Of a DNA stretch of 64,000 nt, positions 37,031 through 49,970 are shown piece after piece. The DNA lies in contig NC_090346.1 in assembly GCF_035084215.1 (NCBI RefSeq), positions 48,608,001-48,672,000 of the forward strand, in the 5' to 3' direction. The stretch comes from Heptranchias perlo. Taxonomy: Eukaryota. The notes beneath the pieces were generated by a model. It saw only the letters and a program-made list of their open reading frames with translations. It made no database searches and had not been told where the DNA came from. Positions within the stretch are counted from its first letter, which is position 1. The number at the start of each line of letters is the position of its first letter. Position numbers and translations under genes: made by a program.

Positions 37031-40000
37031 GTTTTGACTCTTCTATTCAACTAGGATTAGTCCTCATTAAATATTCAAAATCACCTGTTCTACCAGGACT
37101 AAAGATAAGCTACAAATTTAAACTGATCAAGTAGAGACACACACAACTGAGCATCAAAGTCATATGTTATACAAAGTTATATTATTTTATATTAACCTCC
37201 AAAACAATGGCAAGGACAATAAAGATATTCAAAACACTGGCGTAAACCCAAATAAAATGAATATGTAAAATACACTGAACTACCTTGTATCAAACAGAAA
37301 CCAACAATTTTATAATACCCTCTCTCAATTTCCATACATAGCATAAATTCTACTTCCTTGCATCATAATTAATGGTAAAGTGTGAGAAAACTAGGTGACT
37401 GTTTAAAAATAAAATTGCATTGTGTGTATTAAAGTAACGAATGCTAATGATTAGTCTGCTCATGAAAATTCAAATTCCTTTTTTGCAATAAAAATTTTGA
37501 ATAACCAGATTGTTTGAATTAAGAGACTACTGTTATGTACTTTTGGAACTTTTTTGTATTCAGTATAGAATATATAAAAGAGCATTTGATCCACCAGTTA
37601 CATAGGATTACATCACAGAAATAGGCCATTTGGCCCAACTGCTCTATGCCAGTGTTGTTCCATCTGGGACAAGGGCACTCAATTACAATGTGGTGACATT
37701 GACCAGGCTATCTGTGGTCCACAATGATCCTACATGACCGCCAGCAATGGGGAATACACTTCAAGGAACGATTCCTGATGCTCCCCATCGCTCAAGACTG
37801 TGTGAATAGAACATGCAGGTAAGCGGCAAGTGTGATCGTAATTTAATCATAAAGGTTTGTACACACACTTCAGGAACTTTGTGTGGCTTGAGTCCATCAT
37901 TTATACACACTTAGTCTCGTGCAGCAGTCCGACCCTGTGCATTGATATCCACCAATTACCTCACGCCCCCTCCCTCAGAATAAGACCTATCACTGTCTTG
38001 CCCAGTTTGCATCTCACCGCTGTCCAGCACCTTTTGCTAAAGATTCTTTGTGGCTGCATATAACACGCAGTAGGCGATGCAAGAATTTCCTTCAAAACAC
38101 TTGTCCAGCCAAAACTGTTTAAATTCTTCAAACTTCTTCCTACAATCCTCTGAAAAAAGGTTCCAGCCTTTATTTATCTGCACCATTATAAAAAACTGAA
38201 CCTGTTGTCCTTTCATTCTCACTAATCTTACCTCCTTAGCCTGTCTTGCTGGAAATGATCATCTTTGTTCTGCTCCCTTTGGCGACCAAAGTTAATCCAA
38301 TATTGAGAGTGTGGTCTTACTAGTATATTATTTAGACTCTATACCACATCCTTGCGGGTGCTCCTGGCAATGCTTTCTGACATGCAATTCATTTCAGCAA
38401 TAAGGATCTCACTGCAGATTTTTATAGATCAGTTTTTGACCGTTCACAAATCTTCATCGTTCTCCACCCGATAATCAAAGTTAGTGTCAATCATGCATTA
38501 CTTTTTCCTAACATACCGAATGTAATGCGGCTCAGCATTAATCATTTTCTATCTCCTTAAATATCAACTTCTATTACTAAATTGAACCGGATGGAAAATA
38601 AGTATCATTTAGATGGTAGCTCATGTACCTAAATGCATCATGTGTTGTAGTACTGAGGTATACAGACCAGGAAGATCCTTGTGCTGGATTAGCTTATGAC
38701 AGCCAGGGCAATGGTGTAGGGAGGACAGGGGGTTCCAATTGGCCTCAGTATTCCTGGGCTAGGAAGAGTAAAAAAAATTAGATAAGGTCCCTACTTCTGA
38801 CTGCTATGACCCCTGCAGGAAAGGGCATGTAGAACTTGAAAGGGGATAAGGTCAGGCTTAGGCGTGATACACCCCTTACCCATGCTCACCCACGTCAGAT
38901 TGTCTCCTGACATATGGCATCTTGGGCGAGGTACTAGAGGGCTACTGTTGCCTGTGGAACTGTACTTCCTAAAAAAAATAAAGGGCGTTACTGCTAACAT
39001 ATTTTAGTCCTAATGTAAATGCTAACCACATCAGTAACAAGCTTCAGTTATTGTTACTTTATTGTCAACCTAAGTAGTGGCAGTAACTGGGATTATTAGT
39101 GTAAAATGTAGATATTTTACCTCGAGAAACATCCAAGATTAAAATTGTTTGGAATAAAAATCACTATCGAGTTGCTTATCTTTTTCAGTGACTGCTACTA
39201 CACTTTTGTGAAGATTTTAATTGTGCTGTCTCTAAGTTCTGAGTGCTGTGTCAAGAAATTAGTCAAGAACAGACGTGCATCAAAATTTTCTACAAAATGG
39301 TTACAAGAGGCAATAACATAAAAATGAATGGGAATTTTGAAAAATCATGACAGTGAAATCTGATGTGCTAAGTAAACCAGTTACAAGTGCTCACGAACAG
39401 GAAGAGGCAAAATTATCTAGTCACTTCACATGACCTAGGCCTGCTTTTGCATTTATTCCACCTCATGAGAGAATTTTAATTTTATGACCAGATTGGCCTG
39501 TATTTACTTTGGTTTGTACCAGAGGAAAATAATGTGAAAACAGAGAGAACAAAGAAGTCTTGAGATTATTTTCTGCATGCTCTTAAGATTCTAACCATGT
39601 ACCCTCTGAACCACAACAAAAATCTATATAACTACACCAGCAAAATAATTGGATTGTGCAAAGCATGCCTTAAGGAAACCCAAGTGACCTTTACCTGCAG
39701 TACTAGTTAATGTTCCAGAAATATTACCAAGAGGATGGATTTTTGCTTCAGTGATAACTTGTTATGTGAACTATTTTTCTAGGTTGGTTTTCTGCCTTGT
39801 GGGTGCTGAATCTTGCTAGGCTAGGTTCCTCCTGCAATGGCTGCCCTCTGGTCCCTCACTCAGACTGGGCATTCTTCACGTGTAAGCCAACAGGCTATCT
39901 GAGCATGACCATGGACAGTCATGCTCAATCCTGTCATCCAAGATCCACTTTCCAACATGGGTTGCTTGATAGTGCTTTGGAATTGGAACCCTGGCTGATT

Positions 40001-41349
40001 TTTGACAAGCTGGGGCAAAGGTCAAAAATAGCATCCCAACTGTTGGCCCAGCTTAGATCAAAAACAGTTCTAATGAAAGGTCATCGACCTGAAACGTTAA
40101 CTCTGTTTCTCTCTCCACAGATGCTGTCTGACCTGCTGAGTGTTTCCAGCATTTTCTGTTTTTATTTAAGAAAAATATTAATCTCCCTATCAATAACCAA
40201 TTCAACTGATTAATATTTGGTATTGCTCAAAGGCAAATTACAATTATGTTTCTCAGTAGTCACATGCATTTTTTTTCTTGTCAAGGATAGCTTTTGTTAG
40301 TTTCATAAATTCAAATCAACTATGGGATTGAACTGATTTTTAATAGGTCAATTAGTAAACAAATCAGTACAACACACCACTTCTCTTCTGCATTTTACAA
40401 TTAATCTGTGAGGCACTCAGGGCAACCTTCGCCCCACATTTCCAATTCTCTCCCCGCTTCTGCTAAATGCGAAGAATCATTATGGGGTACAAGGCTGGCA
40501 GATTGAGAAATACCCCTCACCCAAGTGGCCATGCTTCATACATTAGCCCAATGAGTGCTAGTGGGTTTGGCACTCTTTGGTGCTTCATGGCCATACATTT
40601 CTCAAATGGTGTAGATTACATTAGTGGCAATAACCCTTTCTCTACCTCTGAATACAGTTTAATCTTGGTGACTGGGTCAGATGATCCATGACTTGTTGCC
40701 AAGAAACAAACACAACCATTATTTGCCAAATGTTATTTATTGACTTATTCACAGCAGAGTTGCCACCTTTATACCAGAAAATTTGGCAGAATCCCTGGTT
40801 GCAACTTTTTTTTTAAAAGGCATACAATTCTGAGAAAACTATGTCCAGGAACTACATCAAGAATAACAAAAACCTGTTAATTTCAAAATTTGAGACAGAT
40901 GGTTACAGGCTGCACAGCCATAGAGGTTCTGTGTTATGACAAACCAACACAGCCTGGATAACAACAGTCCCCACAATTTCAAAGAACAGTCAAAGAAAAC
41001 TGACTTCCAAATTTAAAAACCAATGATATAGTGAGTTTATAGACACTGGCCTTTCGCTTCTCGGATCTGGGATCAAATCCAGTCGTGGCTGATGGGATGA
41101 AAGTCTCCTCTCTGCTGATTGCAAGGATCCCACGTCAAATGGATTTGGGGGAAAGCTCAAGCGGGAGTGAGTTCACAGCTGAAAACTGGCAACCTCACTC
41201 AATGGGACTACAGGCCGGAGAGAATATTAATTGGGGAAAATATTGTACTGGCGCAGGTGGGGGGAGGGGTACACTGTTTGGGACACTGTGGGGGGGACTT
41301 TACTCTGCATCTTAACCAATACCGCACCTGTTTGGTGACTGGATTTGTC

Positions 41350-42380
41350 CCGTTCCCCCAGCACTAACCTCCCCCGAGCAGAAATGGCGGGAGTCAGGGT
41401 TAGATTTCAGGAAGGCTCCATCACCGGAGGCCGGCGTCTCGGTTTAAATCACCTCGCTTGCCGCACACGCTCGGAGACAGATTACTTTCGGGCCGTTCAG
41501 CGGCAGAGAGGCCGGAATCTCCTTTGCTGGAACAGGCCTCTGGTCCCGGGTCTGCGAAGCGGCGGCGGCCGTGGAGCCTGTTCCCCGAGGCCCCTAAGCG
41601 GCTTCATTTACACAGGAGGGAACGAGAGAGAGAGAGAGAGAGAGCAAAATCAAAAAGAAACAAACTCGCGCTTCCAGCTTGAACACGGTAACGGGGCCTT
41701 TCCCCCCTCACCGGGAAATCCAGCAGGGCGCCGCCAGCCGACAGAGGGAACCGCTCGAACACGAGAGGGTGAAATGGCGCCTTTCGCCGGGGGCGCGCGC
41801 GCCGTTACTGAGCGGACAACCTGGGCGCGCGACCCCCCGTGCCACTGCCCTCAGCTTCCGGGTGGAAACATCGACCCGTCCCCAACCACCAAGCTCTTTT
41901 TTTTAATCTAATGTAAGATCGATCAATACTTTACTCTTTAAAACAGTTCATTGCTCAAATAGCGCACTTAATAACACGCCAGGCGTTTGTCTGTTTACAA
42001 TTAATTGAATTAATAATTCAACTTTTCAGTCAGGATGACCGTGCCTCATTTAAAGGCGCACATCTGATATCCTGTAGGCGCGTTGATGGTGAGGTGTCGC
42101 GGAGAGATTGCGTAGTTGCCTGTTCTGTGCGCTGTCAGCCGCCCTGAGGAGAAATATCCTGCCGGAGCTGAGAGGTTGGTGTCGGGTCACTTGGGGGAGG
42201 TGGGAATGGCCGACTCTCATTCACTGAGGCAGGGACCCCGTTGCATCTGTTTAAAGGGATGGTGGGTACAGGCGAGCGGGGCAGTGCCACTAGTTTTGGA
42301 TCGTTCTGTGCAAACAGCTGGCCCCGGCAACTCCTGGCCCGAAAACTCTGTTGCCTGTATCCTATCCCGGGCCACACACC
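41350..42380. promoter_or_regulatory. CpG island, probable bidirectional promoter for DXO and STK19
   Basis: Sharp local CpG enrichment between two divergent genes whose first coding exons both begin at splice acceptors, so non-coding first exons are needed. YY1-like AAATGGCG motifs near 41382 and 41772; candidate donors near 41450 (minus) and 42089 (plus). Confidence 0.7.
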
Positions 42381-42384
42381 GCTC

Positions 42385-44190
42385 TTTTTTAAAGTTTCAA
42401 AATATACTTTATTTCATTGAACTGTGTGTATCTTTTTAAATTCTATGTAAATATCACAATTCCAAACCAGTACAATTCAAACCAATACATTACAGATTGT
42501 ACACAATGCGATCTCAATATTACAATTCAAACACAGTATTTCTTATTACTTATGGTATACAATACAGGGTGGGGTGGCCTTTCCCCATAGAGCCTTTGCA
42601 TAGGTCGCACCTCACTTCAGTGCGTCCTGCAGCACGTATTCCCTGACCTTGGAGTGTGCCAGTCGGCAACACTCAGTCGTGGACAGCTCCTTCAGCTGGA
42701 GGATCAGCAGGTTTCGGGTGAACCAAAGGGCCTCCTTCACCGAGTAGATGGTCTTCCAGCCGCAGGTGATATCTGTCTCGGTGTGTGTCCCGGGGAACAG
42801 CCCGTAGAGCACAGCGTCCTGTGTTACCGAACTGTTGGGGATGAACCGGGACAGATACCAACGCATCTCTCTCAACACCGTCTGCGCGAAGGGGCAGCCC
42901 ATCAGGTGGTGGACAACGGTCTCCTCTCTGCCGCAGCCTCGAGGGCAGCTCGCATTGGGGCTGAAGTTCCGTGCGTGTTGGAAGGACCGCACTGGGAAGG
43001 CTCTTCTCACTACCATCCAGGCTACATCCTGGTGCCTATCAGTTCTGGGGACAAGACGTTCTGCCAAATGGCATCATCCGTCTGGTCAGGGAAGAACCCG
43101 ATCGAGTCCACCCTCTCCTTTCCTCGCAGGACTCTTGGAATGTTTTGTGTCGACCACTGTCTGACGGCCTTGTGGTCGAAGGAGTTCCTCCTCAGGAACT
43201 TCTCCACCTGGGACAGGTGGGGGAACGGTCCAGCTGGACGGGACATCCTGCGCTTGCTCGGCCAGCATAGCCACACCCAGCCTTCTCAGTGTATTGGACA
43301 GGTAGAAACTCAGCACGTAGTGACACTTGGTGTTTGCGTACTGGGGCTCTACACACATCCTGAGGTGGCCATCAGGATTAGAATGGCATTGGGGACACTT
43401 TCTTTCCCCTCTCCCCCCCCCCCCCCCCCACTTTGTCTGGGGGCTTGTACATGGTGACCCTGCGGACACGATCTAACTTGGACCTCCAGACAAAGTGGAA
43501 GATAGCTCGGGTGACCGTGACGGCTGAGTTGCGGGGAATGGGCCACACTCTGGCCACGTAGAGCGACACCACGAGTACCTCTCGCTTTATCACCAGGTTC
43601 CTGCCAGTTATGGAGAGGGATTGCCCCACCCACATACTAAGCTTTTGTTTGGCCTTGGCAATCTGCTCCTCCCAGTTCTTTGTGCAGGCCTGGGGCCCCC
43701 GAAACCAGATCCCTAGCACCTTCAGGTAGTCGGACCTGACGGCGAAGGGGACAAAGGATCGGGTCTCCCACCTGCCAAAGAACATGGCCTCGCTCTTACT
43801 TTGGTTCACTCTGGCCCCCAAAGCCAGCTTGAAATGGTCACAGGTGCCCATCAGCTGATCGGAGCAGAAAATGGTGAAATCGTCCATGTACAGGGAAGCC
43901 TTAACCTGATCCTGCTGCCTGGGATCGTCACCCCGTGCGTCCTTCCTGATGGACGTGGCAAACTGCTCGATACAACATATGAGCAAGACTGCGGAGAGGG
44001 GACAGCACTGCCTGACTCCAGATCTGATCAGAAAGCCCTCCGACTCCCACCTTTTGATTAGGACTGTGCTACGGATGTCTGCGTAGAGCAGTTGGATCCA
44101 ATCGCGGATTCCCTCCCCAAAACCCATTTTGGAGAGCACTTCCATCATCTACATGTGGGATATTCTGTTGAAGGCCTTCTCCTAGTCCAG
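42385..44190 (-). mobile_element. Tx1/L1-clade LINE, 5'-truncated and degenerate
   Basis: EKAF..ISH, SGVRQCCPLS and YMDD RT motifs, CPRGC...ETVVHHLMGC zinc knuckle, AATAAA plus A-rich tail at the 3' end. Confidence 0.88.
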
Positions 44191-44283
44191 GCTGCCATCC
44201 AACTACACAGGCTCCTGGGTCCCAAACATCTCACCCCTCCTTCAGTCCTACAACCCACCGCCAACTCTCTGTTCCTCTGACTC

Positions 44284-44328
44284 CAGCGCGCGCGCGCGCG
44301 CACACACACACACACACACCCCCCCCCC
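44284..44328. repeat. Compound microsatellite (GC)n(AC)n followed by a C-run
   Basis: cagcgcgcgcgcgcgcgcacacacacacacacacac then poly-C. Confidence 0.9.
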
Positions 44329-45013
44329 ATATTCTGTTGCCTCCTTTTGGCAGCTGTGTCTGCTTCACTTCTGTTTTTTATGATGTGGAGGGGTTTGTTA
44401 TTAAAGTTTAAAATTAATTTGCATAAGCGGCAAAGAAAATGTTAGAACTCGAGCCCTGCCTTATCCTGTTTGGTTTTGGATTTGGCAAATGGTAGTGAAC
44501 TGCTAGTTCTAAATGGTACTTATATTTGAATAATATCATTTAAAGGTACAACTGGAGTCAGGCCAGCTGATATAGGTTAACACAGCGTTCTCCTTTAATT
44601 GAACTTCTTTGTGATTTCTTAGTATGGTATGTTGGAAAGCTCTTTACTGCCTCAGTTGAAAAAAAGTATTGCTCATACTTTGAGAAGCTCCTAGTTTTAG
44701 AAGAAATATTAAGTTTATTCGAATTCACAAGCAGCTGTGGTCTAAAGTAAATAATGCTTTGTTGTTATTAATGAGATGCTGATTTTGATAACTTAACCGG
44801 TTCCACCTTGGCCCAAACGGAGGTCACATTGACTTGCGTTTCTTATTTTAGATGAAATGGCTCTAGTTCTTGTGGAGCAGGTACAATTGTATTAATGGGC
44901 ACTTGATGTATCATGGATGGTCATTAAGAGACAATGTTGCTGCACTTACATACAGGGTATATTTTACAGGGCAATGTTTCAATTGCTGTCTTTTTCATTT
45001 TTTACTTGCAGCA

Positions 45014-45128
45014 ATGAATCGGAAGAGAAACTTGATACCAGACGTTTTCCAGCAGGTTAAGAAATGTAAATTTGGGTTAGCGGAAGGCTTCAAGTTGTTG
45101 GATAAGAAGGAAGCAGCAAAGTTTGAAG
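45014..45128 (+). CDS. STK19: STK19 (WHR1, winged-helix repair factor), first coding exon
   Basis: ttgcAG-CA-ATG; MNRKRNLIPDVFQQVKKCKFG... resembles the MSWKRHHLIPETF start of the short human form; GTAAC donor. Confidence 0.85.
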
Positions 45129-45564
45129 GTAACACTATTCATTTTCTAATAATACTGTTTGAAAAAACATTCTTTAATTTCACTTGTTGCACTGTCAAGT
45201 TGCCACTGGCTCCCATTTCCTAGCCCATTGATTTCAAAATCCTCGTCCTTGCTCGTACATCTCTCCAAGGCTTTGCCCCACCTTCCAGCCCCTTCTCTGC
45301 AACCCCTTCCAGCCCTATCTTCCCACTTGCACCCTCCACCCTACTCTGTTCTTCTATAACCCTCCACCCCCAGCTCCTCAATTCTTTTTTTTTAAAACCT
45401 CCTGCTTGCCACCATCTCGTGACTTCCACAAGCCTCCTCAAAACAATATATTTTTTTTGGCTGCACTGTTGGTCACCTCCCCAACCCACCTCCCATGTTC
45501 CTGTTTGGGGAACTAATTCCCCTTTGTAAAGCTACGTTAAAGGCATGATATAAGTTGTGATTAC

Positions 45565-45855
45565 AGTAGCCTAGTGGTTGTGGTGCTGAACTAGTAGCCC
45601 AGAGGTCGTGAGTTCAAATCCCACCATGGCAAATTGTGAAATTGAATTTATTAAATCCAGTAATCTGTGGCCTGGCATCAGAAAAGCTGCTGGATTGGCA
45701 AGAAAACCCAACTGGTTCACTAACGTCCTTCAGGGAAGGGAACCTGCCTGCACGTGACTCCAGTTCCACAATACATGGTTGACTGTTAATCCCTCAGGGC
45801 ACATAGGATTGGGCAACAAACACTGGCCTTGCCAGTATTGCCCATATCCTGAAAA
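45565..45855 (+). mobile_element. Second tRNA-derived SINE family
   Basis: A-box-like tagcctagtgg, B-box-like gagttcaaatccc, tail ctggccttgccagt followed by an A-run; the tail motif recurs near 15738. Confidence 0.6.
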
Positions 45856-46102
45856 AAACACTGGACAAGCCAAATTATGACAACTGACTTAATTCACACT
45901 ACATATTACTGCTAGCTGTTGAGTTTCTTGAATCCAGGTTAGTTTATTGCAGTTGAAAGAAGTCCTAATAGCTTGCCTAGTCTATCTAAAAAGTGCTTGA
46001 GTCACAGTTTTCATTTAGATTACTTCAGTGGTATAATTATTTTAAATTACTTTTTGTGAAGGATTTTGAAACCAAACTTCATCTTTACAATTTCTTTAAT
46101 AG

Positions 46103-46248
46103 GTATGCCAAACGATACAAAATCGGCGCTGATTTTTCTAGCATCCTTGTTTCCCCGCAAGTTATTTGATGATTCCCTTCCGCCTATAGTTCTGAAACAC
46201 CAACTTTACAGCATTGTTAAAGACAAAACAACAGTTGACCGTCAGCTG
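46103..46248 (+). CDS. STK19: STK19 coding exon 2
   Basis: GMPNDTKSALIFLASLFPRKLFDDSLPPIVLKHQLYSIVKDKTTVDRQL with AG and GTAAGT boundaries. Confidence 0.92.
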
Positions 46249-47204
46249 GTAAGTCCTGTCACTGTTTGAAGCTATTGTGTATGTTGTCTAAGCATGTGGG
46301 AAACTGGCTGAGCTAGAAATGTATGTATGTTGACCAATAGTCACTTTATATCCATTTGAATTCCTTGTGCAATAAAACAGAAAATGTTGGAAACTCTCCA
46401 CAGGTCAGGCAGCATCTGTGGAAAGAGAAACAGAGTTAACATTTCAGGTCTTTGATCTTTTGTCAGCACTCCTTCAGTACTGAACTGAAGTGTCATCCTC
46501 GATTTTATGTGCTCAAGTCCCTGGAGTGGGATTGGAACCCATGACTTCTCACTCAGAGGTGAGTGTGCTACCCACTGAGTCATGGCTGAGACGGTGACAA
46601 GTTACGGTCACCGCCTGTCTAATGTCAAGAGTTGCTCCCATCTACATTTGTTAGGTGAGCTGAAGGATCAATCTTAATGCCTTTATTGAACGTTGTCTAG
46701 ATTTGCCCTCTAAATCAGGCCCATATTGCAGGATACTGCCAAGGTTGAATGAATATAAGCAAAGACAAGGTAAATCAGGAACTACTGATTGGTTAAGGTA
46801 AGTATGGGTTTTAAAAGCCTGTATGTTGTAGCAGGAAGAAAAGACTGAGGAGTTGCATAGTTTTGAGGTCCTGGGATAGATTGAGTTAGAGTAGCTGATG
46901 GTTTGATGAGTTTTAATTTGAGCACAGCAGAGGAAGATTGTGTGCATTTGTGGTTTGGGCGGAACGAGAAAGATCAGTGAGGCACTGACCATAGCAGATT
47001 TAGTAAAATGGCAACCCAGAAAGGGTGGGCTTTTCCTTGTATCTTTAGTGTGTGAGTGAGGTGTTAAAAGAGCTCCCCAGTAATGGAGCAGTATTCAAAC
47101 TTTGGATGGACTTGGACTTAATGCAAAAATAAGATTAGTTGAGGAGAAAAGAAGCTCGATGACAGTCCTATTTCTGAAGGTATACGGAAAGTAAATTACA
47201 TCCA

Positions 47205-48325
47205 GAATCGTAGAAACCTACGGCACAGAAGGAGGTCATTCGGCCCATCGTGTCTGTGCTGGCCGAAAAAGAGCTATCTAGTTTAATTCCACTTTCCAGC
47301 ACTTGGTCCGTAGCCCCATAGGTTACAGCGTTTCAAGTGCACATCCAAGTACTTTTTAAATGAGTTGAGGGTTTCTGCCTCTACCACCCTTTCAGGCAGT
47401 GAGTTCCAGACCCCCACCACCCTCTGGGTGAAAAAATTTCTCCTCCGCTCCCCTCTAATCCTTCTACCAATTACTTTAAATTTATGTCCCCTGGTCACTG
47501 ACCCCTCTGCTAAGGGAAATAGGTCCTCCCTATCCACTCTATCTAGTTCCATCATAATTTTATATACCTCAATTAAATCTCCCCTCAGCCTCCTTTTGTT
47601 CCAAAGAAAACAACTCCAGCCTATCCAATCTTTTCTCATAACTAAAATTCTTCAGCCCTGGCAGCATCCTTGTAAATCTCCTCTGTACCCTCTCTACTGC
47701 AATCACATCTTTCCTGTAATGTGGTGACTAGAACTGTACCTAGCACTCAAGCTGTGGCCTAACCAATGTTTTATACAGTCTTAGCATAACCTCCCTGCTC
47801 TTATATTCTATGCCTTGGCTAATAAAGGAAAGTATCCCGTATGCCTTTTTAACCACCTTATCGACCTGTCCTGATACCTTCAGGGATCTGTGGACATGCA
47901 CTACAAGGTCCCTTTGTTCCTCTGCACCTCTCAGTATCCTCCCATTTATTGTGTATTCCCTTGCCTTGTTTGCCCTCCCCAAATGCATTACCTCACACTT
48001 CTCGGGATTGAATTCCATTTGCCTCTTTTCTGCCCACCTGACCAGTCCATTGATATCTTCCTGCAGTCTACAGCTTTCCTCCTCACGATCAACCACATGG
48101 CCAATTTTTGTATCATCTGCAAACTTCTTGATCAAGCCCCCCACATTCAAGTCCAAATCATTAATATATACCACAAAAAGCAAGGGACCTAGTACTGAGC
48201 CTTGCGGGACCCCACTGGAAACAGCATTCCAGTCGCAAAAACACCAGTCAACCATTACCCTTTGCTTCCTGCCACTGAGCCACTTTCCCTTGGATCCCAT
48301 GGGCTTTTACTTTTTTGACCAATCT
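47205..48325 (-). mobile_element. CR1 LINE RT and 3' fragment
   Basis: GVPQGSVLGP, KFADD, RPQLE and NFFTQRVVGVWNSLP. Confidence 0.93.
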
Positions 48326-48422
48326 TCCATTTTGAAAGCGCCTAAGCTTTTAAATTTACCTAAATTTTAAAAAAGTAACCAAATAAATAATGTCATTGTC
48401 TTCATTCCTGTATTTTGATCAG

Positions 48423-48658
48423 AATGAGTTGAAGGATCTAGGAGACATTCGCATTTTCCAGTTTGGATTTGACACGGATGTGTTTGGCGTTGTATTTAGT
48501 GAAGATTACAAAAGTAAAGTTTTGGCTGCGACGGCGATGAAAGAGACCTCCGCAACAGTGCAAAGGTTTCTGGAGACCGTACTGAACTCGTGTACAGATA
48601 TTGGTTTCAACAAAGATAAAATGCAGAAGGAGTTTTTGTTTCGTGACCAAGAAATAAC
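48423..48658 (+). CDS. STK19: STK19 coding exon 3
   Basis: NELKDLGDIRIFQFGFDTDVFGVVFSEDYKSKVL...FLFRDQEIT with AG and GTGAG boundaries. Confidence 0.92.
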
Positions 48659-48859
48659 GTGAGTACCCGGGATAATGCAAAGAAATCAAACACTGCAGAT
48701 TGTAGACTCTATAAAACCTTATTTAAATTCACACGTGTCCACGGAATAGCTGTAATCTGCACCACATGTACACATTCTGTTCCTATAAGCCTGGAGGTGA
48801 ATGTAATGATTCCATGGTTACTTTCATTTTATAAATATTCTAATTCTTTTTCTTGACAG

Positions 48860-48957
48860 GCAGTTGGTGAATGCAGGACTTCTTACGGTACGAGATGTTG
48901 GAAGTTGGTGGCTTGCTATTCCAGGCGCTGGCCGATTTGTGAAATACTTCGTTAGAG
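48860..48957 (+). CDS. STK19: STK19 coding exon 4
   Basis: QLVNAGLLTVRDVGSWWLAIPGAGRFVKYFVR with AG and GTAAG boundaries; the most conserved STK19 block. Confidence 0.94.
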
Positions 48958-49107
48958 GTAAGCTCCATTGCGACGTACTTGAGGTGGGACTGTTACTGGC
49001 AGGCACAAGCAACTTTGAACTTAATCAGAAGGCTGCAGGTGGTTTGCAGTTGCTGTTTGTCTCTGAGATATTGTTCAATATTTTGATGATTGACAAGAAA
49101 GTTGTGT

Positions 49108-49520
49108 TAGCCGTGGCTCAGTGGTAGCACTCTCGCCTCTGAGTCAGAAGGTCATGAGTTCAAGCCTCACCCCAGACACTTGGGCACAATCTAGGCTGAC
49201 ACTTCAGTGCAGTACTGAGGGAGTGCGGTAGCATCTTTCGGATTAGACGTTAAACTGAGGCCCCATCTGCCCTCTTGGCTGGGTGTAAAAGATCCCACGG
49301 CACTATTTGCAGGGGAGATTTCCCCGGTGTCCTGGCCAATATTTATCCCTCAACCAACATCAATGAACCAGATCATCTCATTGCTGTTTGTGGGACCTTA
49401 CCCTGTGCAAATTGGCTGCTGCATTTCCCAACAAAGCAACAGTCTTCAAAAGTACTTAATTGTCTGTAAAGTGCTTTGGGACTTCCTGAGGTTGTGAAAG
49501 GCTCTATTTCTGCAAGTTAG
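49108..49520 (+). mobile_element. SINE copy, near full length
   Basis: Head gccgtggctcagtggtagcactctcgcctctgagtcagaagg, core, and L2-like tail. Confidence 0.85.
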
Positions 49521-49822
49521 TTCTTTAGTGAGTAACATTTTTAAAAATAGTTTATTCAAGAAAATGATAAAAATATTTAAAACCTCATTCCCAAGTTATG
49601 ACATTACTGCGGCAGTGTTGAATATGGCATGATGCTGTTGAACAGTATTCCGGTGGTAGAATCCTGGTTCGCACCTAAAGTTCTCACCCTCTTGTGCTAG
49701 CGTTTCGCCTCCTGGGTTGGTAGAGAGGGATGGTGCAAGGGCAAGTTAGGCCGAGTTGCACTTGGACATTGTTAACAGTCACCTGTTAAATTATAAACGC
49801 CTCTGTTGGTTACATGTTACAG

Positions 49823-49970
49823 GTCGTAAAGCTGTTCTTGGCATGATCCGGAAATCTAAGTACAATGAAGTTTTGCAGTCGGATCTAGAGACTCGGAGAG
49901 TAACTTCCACAGTAAAGTTAGGGATCCAGTATCACGTTCACGACATCGTTGGAGCTGAGTTGGTGAAATG
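49823..49970 (+). CDS. STK19: STK19 coding exon 5
   Basis: GRKAVLGMIRKSKYNEVLQSDLETRRVTSTVKLGIQYHVHDIVGAELVK with AG and GT boundaries. Confidence 0.92.

Noticed and set aside
41345-42439. ORFs of 188 and 107 aa in the CpG island
   Set aside because: GC-rich promoter sequence is poor in stop codons; no recognisable domain and no splice link to neighbouring coding exons.
49108-49180. tRNA-like sequences with A and B boxes (also near 5428, 15000 and 45565)
   Set aside because: They are SINE heads continuing into SINE bodies, and I could not draw a complete cloverleaf.
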